From positions 43,028,001 to 43,092,000 of the forward strand of contig OZ024753.1 of assembly GCA_964016885.1 (NCBI GenBank): 64,000 bases of DNA, written 5' to 3'. A program made the position numbers and the translations under genes. Position 1 is the stretch's first letter, and every line of letters starts with the position of its first letter. Positions 1-14,432 of this stretch are shown here, one piece after another. The DNA is from Eledone cirrhosa. Taxonomy: Eukaryota. The notes under the pieces were generated by a model. The model did not search any database. It saw only the letters and a list, made by a program, of their open reading frames with translations, and was not told the origin of the DNA.

Positions 1-530
1 TGTATGTGTTCTTTCTTGAACATGACAGACCTTGTTGTCTCTTGAGGTCACTGGTTGTGACTTGGTGATAACTCATATCAACATAAAGCAAGATAAATGA
101 AATAATAATGATAATAATGATAATAATAATAATAATTGTTTCTACTTTTGGCACAAGGCCAGCAATTACCCAATACATTACTGGTACTTTATTTTATCGA
201 CCCCGTAAGGATGAAAGGCAAAGTTAACCTCGGCGGGATTTGAACTCAGACCGTAAAGGGACGTCACTATGCTGGAAAGCATGGCGTCCGACTCTCTACT
301 GATACTGCCAATCCACCGCCCTTACAATAGTAATAACTCATATGAAAATAAAGCAAGATAAATGAAAGTACATCACAAGTCTAAACACCTAAAGATGCAT
401 GTGTGAGTATGTATGTTCTTTCTTGAAGATGGCGGACCTTGTTGTCTCTTGAGGTCACTGGTTGTGACTTGGTGATAACTCATATCAACATAAAGCAAGA
501 TAAATGCAGCTGTAATAATAATAATAATAA
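1..530 (+). repeat. Tandem pair of ~100-bp segments resembling R4-like 3' ends with (TAA)n tails, separated by a SINE
   Basis: gaccttgttgtctcttgaggtcactggttgtgacttggtgataactcatatcaacataaagcaagataaatg at 28-98 and 435-506. Confidence 0.5.
136..322 (-). mobile_element. tRNA-derived SINE with Meta-domain-like centre and (ATT)n tail
   Basis: Minus strand ggcggtggattggcag...gagttcaaatccc...ttgcctttcatccttacggggtcgataaaataaagtaccag...gccttgtgccaaaagtagaaac(att)n. Confidence 0.8.
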
Positions 531-724
531 AAGACTGCCCTGTTGGGCACTGCATGTATCTTCAGGAAAGTTCTGTCTGTCTAAGGTTACTTGTCGAGAC
601 TCAACAAACGACAGCAGATACAGTAATCATTATATTTACTGTAACAAACCATCAATAATAATAGTGTTGATGATTGCAGTGATATATAAATATATGGATA
701 CCTACCTGAATATCTATCTATGTA

Positions 725-727
<3 letters not shown>

Positions 728-771
<44 letters not shown>

Positions 772-802
772 CATATATATATATATATATGATATATAGT
801 AC

Positions 803-889
<87 letters not shown>

Positions 890-1218
890 CATATATATAT
901 ATATGTACTATATATATATATATATATTGTATATGTACTATATATATATATATATAGTACATATATATATATATGATATATACATATATATATATATAGT
1001 ACATATATATATAAATGATATATACATATATATATAGTACATATATATATATATGATATATACATATACATATATATATATATATGATATATACATATAC
1101 AGATATATATATATGTGATATATACATATATATATAGTACATATATATATATGTGATATATACATATACACACACACATATATATATATACATATATATA
1201 TATGTACTATATATATAT

Positions 1219-1317
<99 letters not shown>

Positions 1318-1318
1318 A
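728..1318. repeat. Compound (TA)n microsatellite
   Basis: Direct inspection. Confidence 0.95.
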
Positions 1319-1557
1319 ATAAATAGTTACATCTATTAGAAAAGTATATGAGTTTATTAGAAAATAAACAATTAAGCACAGGAAATGTCTGTTTTATATA
1401 TATTGATGTCAGCATATAAATGTATAAACATATATAGCATATATACATATAAACATATATATATATATATATGTGTGTGTAAGTATCTATATATAAACAT
1501 ATATAAATGCATACAAAACATACATTTAAACATATATAGCATATATACATATAAAGA

Positions 1558-1589
<32 letters not shown>

Positions 1590-1622
1590 CATATATATAT
1601 ATACATATAAATATACATATAC

Positions 1623-1671
<49 letters not shown>

Positions 1672-2313
1672 TACATATATATATATATACATATATATAT
1701 ATAGACATATATAAATGCATACAAAACATACATTTAAACATACATACACTTAATATAGATTTGCTAGTGAAGACAAACACACACACACACACACATACAT
1801 ACATACATACATATATATGTATACAGATATTAATATTCATACATCTATATACACACACACACACACAGACACACACACACACAAGCACTGCCACCACCAA
1901 GCCCCACCCCACCCCACGCTATATATAATATATATAATTAAATGTAACGGCATTATTGATTGTCCAACTACTACAACTGTAATTATTTTAGTGCCTGAAA
2001 CAATGTTGAGGAGAAGGATGAGGAGGGGGGGGGGGGCCTGTAAAGAAAATTATGGCAATCATGTTTATTATAATGAAGAACAAGTTGTGAAAAACTTTAC
2101 TAGTGAATACAGTTTAGAACGGTTTGCAGCATGCTGCAAGCGTAAAATGATAGGATTTCCTCGGCTAATGCTGGCACGGTGCTTGCATCCGTTTAGTGAC
2201 ACCAATCTGAAAGTTTTGCAGGCAAAATAGTTCCAAGTAATGTTTCTTTTGAGATCTTGCCAAATGTCTGTCATTTTCACATTGGAGATATGAAGATGTG
2301 GAGACATGAAGCT

Positions 2314-2807
2314 GGTGGTGGTGATGGTGGTGGTGGTGGTGGTGGTGGTGGTGGTATTGTTGGTGGTGGTGGTATTGTGTTGGTGGTGGTGATGGTGGTG
2401 GTGGTGGTGGTATTGTTGGTGGTGGTGGTATTGTGTTGGTGATGGTGGTGGTGGTGGTGGTGGTGGTGGTGGTGGTATTGTTGGTGGTGGTGGTATTGTG
2501 TTGGTGGTGGTGATGGTGGTGGTGGTGATGGTGGTGGTGGTGGTGGTGGTGGTATTGTTGTTGGTGGTGGTGGTGGTGGTGGTATTGTTGGTGGTGTTGG
2601 TGGTGGTGGTGGTGGTGGTGGTATTGTTGGTGGTGGTGTTGGTGGTGGTGGTATTGTTGGTGGTGGTGGTGGTGGAGGTGGTACTGTTGGTGGTGGTGGT
2701 GTTGGTGGTGGTGGTATTGTTGTTGGTGGTGGTGGTAGTGTTGGAGGTGGTAGTGTTGGTGGAGGTGGTAATGGTGGTGGTGGTGGAGGTGGTGTTGGTG
2801 GTGTTGG
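2314..2807. repeat. (GGT)n-rich trinucleotide array
   Basis: Direct inspection. Confidence 0.95.
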
Positions 2808-2936
2808 CAATTATGATGCTCCTGTGAACATGCATTTGTGGTGATTCTCTATCACTGCGTGAGGTGTGTGTATGTGTGTATGCATACACACATACATAGG
2901 AGTGTATGTGTGTATATATATATATGTATGTGTGTG

Positions 2937-2983
<47 letters not shown>

Positions 2984-3124
2984 GTATATGTGTGTATACC
3001 ATTTTGGAATTTATCGGTCATTGTTGCACGAAATGCTACTTGAGTCGATATATTTGAGGCATCCCAACCAACACACACATACACACATACATGTAGAGTC
3101 ACACACACACACACATACATGTAG

Positions 3125-3163
<39 letters not shown>

Positions 3164-4026
3164 TGTAGAGTCACACACACAAAGATGTATATGTGTTTGT
3201 GTATATTGGTACTGTGTGTGTGTTTCTGTGTATATTGGTGCTGTGTGTGTGTTTATGTGTATATTGGTGCTGTGTGTGTGTTTATGTGTATATAATTGGT
3301 GCTATGTATGTGTGTATGTGTTTATGTATGTGCGTACATTGATAAAGACGCATGTTTCTATGTTTTAACTGACAAGTGGGAAGTCTGATCACATACACAC
3401 ATTAACGTACACACACATGCACACACATTAACATATACACACACATTTTCACACATTCACACTCATAAGCATTCACATACACACACATCAACTGATACAA
3501 ACTTACATATGTAGATGTCCTCATGCACACTGTAAAAATGGTCATTTTAGTGCCGCAATAAAAAGCACCCAGTCCACTCTGTATATGTGGTTGGTATTAG
3601 GAAGGAATCATGAATGCAAGTTGGCGTTAGTTTAGGGGTTTGCTGAGTGTTTTGTTGACTGATTGGAGTTATTACTGTCTTATTTACACACTCACTCACT
3701 CACAAACACACACACACACACATATATATATCATCGTCATCATCATCATCATCATTTTATGTCCGTTCTGCCATGTTTTCATGGGTTAAACGGACAGGTT
3801 GTCCTCTTGTGGGCAGTGTCCAGTCGGCTAACCTTGTCTTGCTCATACTGGAACTGATTCTGGGTTCATTTCTACAGCTGGATGCCCTTCCTAACACCAA
3901 CCTCATTTACAGTGAGTCGTCAGTGCTTTTTTTCCATGGCACCTACACGTCCACTTTACAGTGTGGGCTGGGTACTTTTTTGCCGTGGGGTGGGGGGTAT
4001 ATATATGTGTGTGTTTTATTTATTTA

Positions 4027-4067
<41 letters not shown>

Positions 4068-5614
4068 TATCAGTTACTATCTTCAGTCTGGGTACTACAA
4101 CACATTAAACCAAATATGGCTACCAAATATCCAAATATTCTAGAGTTAAAAAGAGGAATTTTCAAACTTCAGGTCACATTGGTGACAGAAAAACAGAAGC
4201 AGTCTCAAATAAATGATGTTCGTACAAAATAAATAACCCCAGAAATAATAATAATAATAAAAAAAGAATGAGAAATAATAATAATAATAATAATAATTAT
4301 AATAATAAAACAGAAATAAAAAGAGCAGCAAAAAAGAAAACATCAGGTTTTTATGTTGAGAAATATGGGTTAAAGCAATCCAATTATGCAGATTTCAGAG
4401 AAATAAATGATGGCGCTGACACGGAATTGCTGCTAAACTGTGGATAAAAACAACTTGAAATAATGGTTAACACAATAAATAGAAAATTACACGGTTTCAT
4501 AGAATTTAAATACTATGCTTTCTTTCTATGGAAATTGTCTAACAGACCATAACTATTTCTAGAACCAAGGAAATTATATTTCTATTAATTTCCTCGAATA
4601 AATTAAAGTCATTTTAAATAAAATGTAACAATCGTATGAATTCCTATTTTAATCATTACTGAAAAAAAAAACCTGAAGGAAATTGGTGTTGCTATATTCA
4701 ATAATTTGAAAATTTTATCTCACCATCTATATATGTATCCATTTTTTCCTCCTACTTTTTTTTTCTATCTCTTCTCTATCTAACTGTTAATTCATCTGGT
4801 TTTTTATCAGAAAACATGTAAAAATTGTTCTATAATTCCACCAAATGAAAAGGGAAACATCTCTATGCTTGATAATAATAATACTAGAATATTTTAATAT
4901 TAGAAATATTTATTATATGAAGGTGGTGAAGGAATGTGGTTTAATAGTTAGGGTGTTCAGCTCATGGTTTTGAAGTCATGAGTTTGATTCCTGGTTCAAG
5001 TAGTGGATTGTGTCCTTAAACATGACACTTTATTTCATGCTGTTGCCCCATTTCACTTAGATGGTAAAAATAAATTGAAATGACACTGGTACATAACTGT
5101 ATTGGCTATTGCCTTTCTGTTGGATAACATTATATAGTGTATATATACTGAACATAGTGTATATATGAGTTGTGTGGACATTAGTGCTAAGCTGTACCAA
5201 CCTTTGTTTTTCTCTGACCATACAACTCCAAATGGAATTGTAGGGATGTTGTCTTAAGTATTTTAAACCTGGCATCACCTATCCATGACTCTCCAAGTTT
5301 AATTTCACCTGAATTCTTCCCAGACAAACAAATAGTGAACAAGAAAAAGAACCAAACCCTAGAAATAGACTAGTACTTTATTTATCGACCCCAAAAATAT
5401 GGAAGTCAAAGTTGGCCTTGGTATGATGTGAGAGCAAGAACCAATTCTAGATATTATTCAAACTGAGATCCTAATATCTCTGCCAATTTGACACCTTACC
5501 GCCAATGTAGGTAGTTACAGAACCTAGTTAGAAGACAATAACTATGGGAAATGAATGGCATATCTATATATGTTACACCTCTAAAGAGTTCTTACACAAT
5601 CAAATCTATTATAT

Positions 5615-5967
5615 ATTCACATAATGTGAGGTGAACGACCAAGCATAGACGAGTTGAGAGTGAAACTGTGTATAAGAGGGATAAAGTGTAGGGTACGGGA
5701 GAGAAGACTGCATTGGTATGGACATCTGATGCATATGGAAAATGACTGCTGGGTGAAGAAGTGCCAAGAATTCCCGGTGGAAGAAAGATGCAGTAGAGGA
5801 AGACCACAAAAAACATGGGTGGAGGTGGTGAGAGCTGACCTCAGATCGCTGAAGCTCACAGAGGAGATAATGAAGGGCTGTGATGAATGGAGAGATGCTG
5901 TGCTGAATAGGACCCGTCCCACCCTTGCTAGCAGGGACAAGCGGACGTAAAATGATGATGATGATGT
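5615..5967 (+). mobile_element. RTE-clade LINE 3' fragment
   Basis: Encodes RERRLHWYGHLMHM...RGRPQKTW, the C-terminus of an RTE-type ORF; (ATG)n tail. Confidence 0.8.
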
Positions 5968-6088
5968 CTGTGTCGCCAAGTCGCATCAATGCGAAATTTA
6001 CATTGCACCATATTCATTACTAATTCAATTAAAATAAATCTGATTACAAATGGCTCTTAACTTTTTGTGGGGTGCCATTATATATATG

Positions 6089-6119
<31 letters not shown>

Positions 6120-7079
6120 GCATGTATGTATATATGTTTGTATGTATATATATTTGTATATATGTATGTATGTATATGATTGTGTGTGTATGTACATATG
6201 TATGTGTGTGATTTATACACATACATTAAATATATATATACTTATGTACACTCACATTAAATTTATATGCATATATATATATATATATATCTATATATAT
6301 ACTCACATTAAATATATATATATGCACACACACACAGACACACGCAGATATTTGTGTACTGATGTTTTCAGATAGGATTCTGTGTGCGTCTGTGTATGTG
6401 TGTGTTGTCGCATGTGTGTGTCTGTATGTATGTGTGTGTCTGTATGTATGTGTGTGTCTGTGTATGTGTGCGTCTGTGTATGTGTGCGTGGTCGTGTGTG
6501 TGTGTCTGTATGTATGTATGTGTGTCTGTATGTATGTGTTAAAGTGTTCGCCTATATTCTGGGTATAGAGATATATTGAAGATAATTTGTTAGCTATAGA
6601 CATCTAACTTCCATCTACTTTAAATAAATCAAAAAGAAAAGAAAAGGAAAGGGAAAAAAAAAATAACAATGAGAAGAGAAAGATACAATTTGAGAAGAGA
6701 AGAAAATTTGATTCCTTTTAAAATGAAAATGAAAATTTAAAATTAAATTAAATTCTATGAAAATAAACAAAGTAAAATAAAACATTTAAAACAAACTTTT
6801 AATGGAGTTGATTATCCCTAATGTGTTTTACTGGTTATTTTCCTTCAAAGAGAGATATATATACAAGAACCAGAGAGATTGTATGATATTTCATTTACAA
6901 GTTACGTTATTAGACTCCAATTAACTAAACAACATATGAAACATACTTCATATCGTTATGGTGATCAAATTCAATTAACATACCTCTTTAAAGTCTACAT
7001 TGTAATGGGGCATTTTATTTTAAACACTGTCTCTCTGATGTGAGAGAGGAGTAAACATTATTTAAACCAACATATAAAC

Positions 7080-7093
7080 ATATATATATTATG

Positions 7094-7124
<31 letters not shown>

Positions 7125-7797
7125 ATGTATATATATATATATAAATATATATATGTATATATATATAAATATGTATATATATATATGTATATGTATATAT
7201 AAATATATATATGTATATGTATATATACATATATATATGTATATGTATATATATATAAATATATATATGTATATGTATATATAAATATGTATATGTATAT
7301 GTATATATAAATATGTATATGTATATATATAAATATGTATATGTATATATATATATATATATGTATATGTATATATATATAAATATATATATGTATATGT
7401 ATATATATATATATGTATATGTATATATATATAAATATATATATGTATATGTATATATAAATATATATATGTATATGTATATATATAAATATATATATGT
7501 ATATGTATATATATATATAAATATATATATGTATATGTATATATATATATAAATATATATATGTATATATAAATATATATATAAATATATATATGTATAT
7601 ATAAATATATATATAAATATATATATGTATATATAAATATATATATGTATATGTATATGTATATATAAATATATATATGTATATATATAAATATGTATAT
7701 ATATATATATAAATATGTATATATAAATATAAATATGTATATATATATAAATATATATATGTATATATATATATGTATATATATATGTATATATAAT
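7080..7797. repeat. Compound (TA)n/(TATG)n microsatellite
   Basis: Direct inspection. Confidence 0.95.
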
Positions 7798-7947
7798 ACA
7801 AATGAATATATGAGGGATGAACACAGATACAATTATACATGTGTGTGAATTGCAAATGACCAAGTTAGCTAGGTTGAAAAATACTAATTTAACATAATAT
7901 GGTTTATAAAAGACTATTTCGAGTTTAGAACTCAATATTTGATATGT

Positions 7948-8234
7948 ATCATCATCATCATCATCATCATCATCATTTTTACGTCCGCTTTTCCCTGCTT
8001 GCAAGGGTGGGACGGGTCTTATTCAGCACAGCATCTCTCCACTCGTCACGGTCCCTCGTCATCTCCACCGTGAGCTTCAATGATCTGAGGTCTGTTCTCA
8101 CCACCTCCGCCCATGTTTTTCGTGGTCTACCTCTACCACGTCTTCCTTCAACTGGCAATTCCTGGCACTTCTTCACCCATCGGTCATCCTCCATGCGCAT
8201 CACATGTCCATACCACCTCAGTCTCCTCTCCCGT
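7948..8234 (-). mobile_element. RTE-clade LINE 3' fragment
   Basis: RERRLRWYGHVMRMEDDRWVKKC...GRGRPRKTW; (ATG)n tail. Confidence 0.85.
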
Positions 8235-8403
8235 ATATATATATATATATATATGAAATATATATATGTATATATATATATATATATTAATAAAAGGAAT
8301 TCCAACTTTGTCTGATTAAACTCGTTTTATTTACAATCCTTTAAAATGTATAATGGTATTATAATGAAATAGTATGGTAGAATATTAAATGTTAAGTGTT
8401 AAT

Positions 8404-8442
8404 TGAACAAATACTTTCATGCTTTCGCAATCTTCAGGTTCA
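8404..8442 (-). ncRNA. Minimal type-I hammerhead ribozyme-like motif
   Basis: Minus strand: TGAAC-CTGAAGA-T-TGC-GAAA-GCA-T-GAAA-GTAT-TT-GTTCA. Stem I TGAAC/GTTCA; stem II capped by a GAAA tetraloop. Confidence 0.6.
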
Positions 8443-8609
8443 TATTCTGTGGTGACAGTCAAGTTTGCAATTTTCAACAGTTGAAAATTGCAAACTTGAC
8501 TGTCACCACACATTATGAACCTGAAACGAAATATATGTATATATATATGTGTATATATATATATATATATATGTGTATATATATATATATGTATATGTAT
8601 ATATATATG

Positions 8610-8644
<35 letters not shown>

Positions 8645-8767
8645 GTATATATATATATGTATATGTATATATATGTATATATATATATGTATATATATAT
8701 ATGTATATATATATATGTATATATATATATGTATATGTATATATATATATGTATATGTATATATATG

Positions 8768-8798
<31 letters not shown>

Positions 8799-9565
8799 GT
8801 ATATATATATGTGTGTGTGTGTGTGTGTAAATTATTCACAATCGACTTAACTAATATTGAAATGGAAGTTTAAAAATTTGAGAAAATTATTACAATTATA
8901 TATTACTGTATTTTATGGCGTATAAGACGACCTCATGTCCCAACTACCTCAAGTGGCTATAAAATTATCATCCTGGCCATGAATGTACAATTACATATGA
9001 CTATCTTATGGCGCATAAGACGACCCCCCCCCCAAAAAAAAAAATTTCCTGCAAAATTATCTCACTGGGCATGTATGTTTAACTACATATTAGTGTATTT
9101 TATGGCGTATAAGACTTCCTGCTGCTTCCCCATTCTCTCAGTTTCTTTATTCTTCTCTGGATATTCTCTGCTATATTTAGACCTGGGGGGGAGATGGGCT
9201 CTGCCAGGCTTAAAAATGCCATAGGAATGCCATATGTCCTTCAGGAGTTACAGGTCTATACATAAAAACATACATACATACATTCTGTAGAATGCATAAA
9301 TGTATTTTCACGGTAAAGGCTTTATCTCACATAATATTGAATCTATGAGATTTTGATATTATATGTTTTGAGAACAATACCTTAACATCAGTAAAAGTGG
9401 CCATTTAAAATGTTTAAATAATCAGGAATGTTGTGGAATTTAGTAAAAAATAATAACTTCCCCTATTATTAAGCTGGTGTTTGGAACATAACTTATATAG
9501 GTTCTTGGATAAACTTATGATGGAAGGTTTTTAGACAAATATAAACATTAAATGAAACAGTTTCA

Positions 9566-9790
9566 TTAACCCTTTAGCATTTACATTACTCTATATATAC
9601 TATTATATTTTCACAGTAAAGTCTTTACCTCACATAATATCTCACACAATTATCTCACATAATATTAAATCTATGATATTTTGATAACAATAACTTAAAA
9701 TCAGTAAAAGTGACTAGTTATGGCCAGTTTGAACAGAAAGAGGTGAGAGATTTCTGGCTGGATACAGCCATTTTAATTGCTAACGGGTGA
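9566..9790. mobile_element. Possible piggyBac-like MITE remnant
   Basis: Starts TTAA-ccctttagcattt and ends in degenerate aattgctaacgggt. Internal sequence recurs at 9300-9410 and 58190-58335. Confidence 0.35.
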
Positions 9791-10365
9791 CAATTATATA
9801 TATTTTATTTTTTCATGTCTTCTACGTTCTTCAAGTCGAATTATTTCCGTGAAGAAAAGAGAAGTAATTATTTCTGGCGTCTGGGGTTGTTCACTGATGT
9901 TAATATTAGGCAGAAACCTCCTGTTTAGTAAAATATCACCTCAGATGATTGGCAAATTAAAATGCAGACATCAGTTGATGGAATCTCCTTACTGATTAAT
10001 AAATCTATTTATCAGTTAGAGATTAGTTTTAGCTGATAACAATACAGATTATATCCTAATTTCTGATCTTACAAGATTAAATATCCAAATATTTCATTGT
10101 TTGTTATCTCAGTTTGATTTGGTTTATTGTAAAGTTTCAGGTAATCAATAAATATTAACTGACAACAGATACTGACATATGTATAGATATGGTAGTATAT
10201 ATATCTATATATATATATATATTATATGTATGTATATATATATATTATATGTATGTATATATATATATATGTATGTATATATATATATATGTATGTATGT
10301 ATATATATATATATGTATGTATGTATATATATATATATGTATATATATATATGTATGTATGTATG

Positions 10366-10396
<31 letters not shown>

Positions 10397-10563
10397 GTAT
10401 GTATGTGTATATATATATATATATGTATATGTATATATATATATATGTATATGTATATATATATATGTGTATATATATATATATGTATGTGTATATATAT
10501 ATATATGTATGTGTATATATATATATATGTATGTGTATATATATATATATATATGTATGTATG

Positions 10564-10910
10564 GAGGCACATGGCTTAGTGGTTAGAGCATTGGCCTTGC
10601 AATCGAAAGGTTGTGAGTTCAATTCTCAGACCGGGTGATGTGTTGTTTCCTTGAGCAAGACACTTTATTTCACATTGCTCCAGTTTACTCAGCTGTAGAA
10701 ATGAGATGATAGGGACTGAGGTCCTTATCATTCCACTGTAAAGTGGTTGTGGAGGTGCCACAGCAAAAAAGCACCCAGCACTCACTGTAAATGAGGTTGG
10801 TGTTAGGAAGGGCATCCAGCTGTAGAAATCAAGCCAGCATCAGTTCCCGTCCCACCCTTGCAAGCAGGGAAACAGCGGACGTAAAATGAAATGATGATGA
10901 TGATGATGAT
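10564..10910 (+). mobile_element. tRNA-derived CORE-type SINE with RTE-LINE-derived 3' tail
   Basis: A box tggcttagtgg, B box gttcaattc, CORE-like ccttgagcaagacact. Ends cccacccttgcaagcaggg...ggacgtaaaatg then (ATG)n. Confidence 0.85.
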
Positions 10911-10921
10911 ATATATGTATG

Positions 10922-10956
<35 letters not shown>

Positions 10957-12302
10957 GTATGTATGTGTATATATGTATATATATGTAAATGTGTATATGT
11001 ATATATATTATATACATATATGTATATATATGTATATGTGTATATGTATATATGTATATATATTATATGTGTATATATATGTATATATATTATATGTGTA
11101 TATATATGTATATATGTGTATATATGTGTATATATATATGTATATATGTATATATATATTATATATATGTATATATGTATGTATATATATGTTATTACTA
11201 AATTTCATTTCATAACTTACATACATTAGCTGATTTCATCTTTCAGACACAATCAGTGAGATTAATCACAAGATATATCATTTCTTACTAATATATGTTC
11301 AATCCGATCAAACACTTTTGTTTCCAGTAATTCTCTTTCTTTTGTATTCTGGTGATAATTCCTTTTAACTCTTAACATCCTTTCCTGTATGAAACTCTTT
11401 TAACAAGACATTTTTACAAATTACACAAACATCAATACGACTGCATCACATTGAAACTTAATGGCTGTTTTAATACTGTATTTTCACAATGATCTGTCCA
11501 CTAGTAAAGATACAATAAACATTTCAATTAACAAACCTGTATATATATATATTTTCTGCTGAATCATTCCATGATGTGAAAAAGTTAACAACAATAATGA
11601 AATGAAATTTTTTTTTGTCTATTCTAAATAATCTATCAATAGATCCCACTGCTTGCATTGATTCCCTCCAATTCTATTGTTGATCATATCTGGCAAACCA
11701 GAGGGATTGTAGTTTATGTTATCTCAAATCTGCTTGATATAGGGCTTGGCTGCTTGTTCTCTTCTATGATAAATGATCCATGCCTAAGATGTTGCACAAC
11801 TTATTAACCATTTAGCCATGTCCAAGAATATGATATATAGAGGAAGGTATTCATTTACAAACAAATAAAAGGTACATAACCTAGTGGGTAGAGTGCTGAA
11901 CTTATTGACCATAATGTTGTTGGGAGGTCACTGCATTGTGCTCTTGAGCAAAACACTTCATTTCACATTGCCTTTTATGATAGGACTGGGGGACCCTAAC
12001 ATTAAAACATCTGAAAAAGTTCTTATGAAATACCACCTCATAAGAAGCCAGCAAAATCTGTATAGATGTGAGCTGTAACAACAATATACCTATGTAGGTG
12101 TCTGTATTATAGGGTTAGAGCCCTAACATTAAAATATCCAAGACACCTCCTAAACAACCTCAGAGAAAGCCAGGAAAATCTGCAGAGGTGTGAGCTGTAA
12201 CTTTAACATACCTATGTGTGTGTAATGTAGGGCTGGGGTCACAGCATTAAAACATCTAAGGAACTTCCTATACAACGTCAGAGGAGTCAACTAAACCTGC
12301 AG

Positions 12303-12561
12303 AGGTGTAAACTGTACCAACATACCTATATGTGTGTATTATAAGACTAGGGCAAGGTGTAAACTGTACCAACATACCTATATGTGTGTATTATAAGACT
12401 AGGGCAAGGTGTAAACTGTACCAACATACCTATATGTGTGTATTATAAGACTAGGGCAAGGTGTAAACTGTACCAACATACCTATATGTATGTATTATAA
12501 GACTAGGGCAAGGTGTAAACTACCAACATACCTATGTGTGTATGTATTATAGGACTAGGGC
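12303..12561. repeat. 52-bp minisatellite (~5 copies)
   Basis: Unit aggtgtaaactgtaccaacatacctatatgtgtgtattataagactagggca, embedded in longer degenerate repeats spanning 11980-12630. Confidence 0.9.
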
Positions 12562-12984
12562 CTCAACATCCAAGAAACTTCCTACAGAACCTCTGAGAAG
12601 GTCAACTAAATCTATAAAGGTGTGAACTGTATATTTCATTTCCTTATTTCATGTTCTTATTTGTTTTGTTTTTTTTTCATTTCAATGGAAGTAGAAAGGT
12701 ATTGAAATACTGTAAAATTCGATAAAAATAATAATCTGTTGTTGTTAGACTGAACTGTTTTAAAGAATACAGTTTTCCTTTCCCTTTTTTTGTTTTTGTA
12801 ATTAACACATGACTTGGAAACATGCAATCATGGATAGATGGTGACGAATTTCTAAATAGCAAATAAAATCTGAAGCTGTTCATGAAACTACCTGTTTAAT
12901 TCGTTTAACCTATTTTAAAAAGTAGATAATACAATTGAAGAAATGAGGAAATATTACAAACTAGCTAACAGGGAAGATATACTG

Positions 12985-14006
12985 TATTGTGGCTGCTGGT
13001 GTGTTGTGTGGTTGTTGGTGTGTGTGTTGTATGGTTGACTGTGGTTGTGTGTATTGTGTGGTTGTGTGTGTGTTTTGTGTGGTTGTTGGTGTGTTGTATG
13101 GTTGTGTGTATTGTGTGGTTGTGTATGTGTGTTGTATGGTTGTGTGAGGTTGTGTGTGTGTGTATTGTGTGGTTGTGTGTTGTATGGTTGTGTGTGTGTA
13201 TTGTGTGGCTGTTGGTGTGTGTGTTGTGTGGTTGTCTGTGTGTGTGTATTATGTAGTTGTCTGTGTGTGTGTATTGTGTGGTTGTCGTTGTGTGTGTATT
13301 GTGTGGTTGTCGTTGTGTGTGTATTGTGTGGTTGTCACTGTATGTATTATGGTGCAGTATCGGTAGAGGGTCGGACGCCATGCTTTCCAGCATAGTTACC
13401 TCCCTTTACGGTTTGAGTTCAAATCCCGCCGAGGTTAACTTTGCCTTTCATCCTTACGGGGTCGATAAAATAAAGTACCAGTAATACACTGGGGTATTTG
13501 CTGGCCTTGTGCCAAAAGTAGAAACAATTGTGGTTGTGTGTGTGTTGTGTATGTGTTGTGATTGTGTGTGTGTGTGTGTTGTGGTTGTGTGTGTGTGTGT
13601 GTTGTGGTTGTATATGTGTGTGTTGTGTGTGTGTTGTGGTTGTGTATGTGAGTGGTGTGGTAGTGTGTGTGTGTGTTGTGGTTGTGTGTATGTATGTGTG
13701 TGTTGTGGTTGTGTGTGTGTGTGTGTTGTCGTTGTGTGTGTGTTGTGGTTGTATATGTGTGTGTTGTGGTTGTGTATGTGTGTGTTGTGTGTATGTGTGT
13801 GTAGGTTGTGTGTGTGTATTGTGTGTGTGTTGTGGTTGTATATGTCTGTGTTGTGGTTGTGTATGTGTGTGTTGTGTGTATGTGTGTGTAGGTTGTGTGT
13901 GTAGGTTGTGTGTGTGTGTAGGTTGTGTGTGTGTGTAGATTGTGTGTGTGTGTGTTGTGGTTGTGTGTGTGTTGTGGTTGTGTATGTGTTGTGGTTGTGT
14001 GTGTGG
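12985..14006. repeat. GT-rich array (tgtggt/gtgt), interrupted by a SINE
   Basis: Direct inspection. Confidence 0.9.
13354..13528 (+). mobile_element. Meta-type SINE inserted in a GT-rich array
   Basis: Same family as 136-322. Confidence 0.8.
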
Positions 14007-14378
14007 TACACAGATAAATATGTACATCTCATTACATACTATCCTGTTTGGATGTATCAATAGGTTGCTCTGAAGAAGATCATTATCATTTAACATCCAT
14101 TTTCCCTGCTAGTAAGGTGTATATATATACACACACACACATGCACATATATACATATATCATCATCATCATCACTTAACGTCCATTTTCCCTGCTATAT
14201 ATATATATATATATCTATTAAAATAACAGATTAAAGTTTAAGCGAAGAATCGCTGCTTTCACCCTTAACGGGATCTTCTGAAAGTAAAAATATTTGCTCG
14301 AGGGTTCTTATATATATGATATATATATTTATCCTTATCGAGCCCTCTTTGGATTTTAGTCTTCGCATTTATTATTAT

Positions 14379-14430
<52 letters not shown>

Positions 14431-14432
<2 letters not shown>

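Noticed and set aside
720-1912. Long ORFs rich in Y/I/C/V/H/T here and throughout the window (e.g. 7015-8004, 44432-45730)
   Set aside because: They are translations of (TA)n/(CA)n microsatellites, which lack stop codons.
2068-3180. 370-aa Thr/Pro-rich mucin-like ORF; likewise the poly-Val ORF at 63469-63969
   Set aside because: Pure trinucleotide arrays open in several frames, with no splice or domain support.
8403-8530. Peptide FCGDSQV resembling the RPTP D1-D2 linker (CGDT)
   Set aside because: It lies inside a DNA palindrome, has no preceding QYxF motif and no suitable donor site; coincidental.
8903-9120. Pogo/Tigger-like terminal sequences (tactgtattttatggcgtataagacg; also 16400-16515)
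   Set aside because: Only short degenerate direct fragments; no paired TIRs or transposase could be established.
10564-10630. tRNA gene-like sequences here and at other SINE heads
   Set aside because: They continue into CORE/Meta domains and LINE-derived tails and are multi-copy, so they are SINEs rather than tRNA genes.
14255-14285. Further hammerhead-like remnants (also 37405-37470, 41365-41395, 42881-42910, 47785-47855, 51672-51700)
   Set aside because: Core mutated, deleted or truncated, or stem I unconvincing. Probably decayed copies, so not listed as features.
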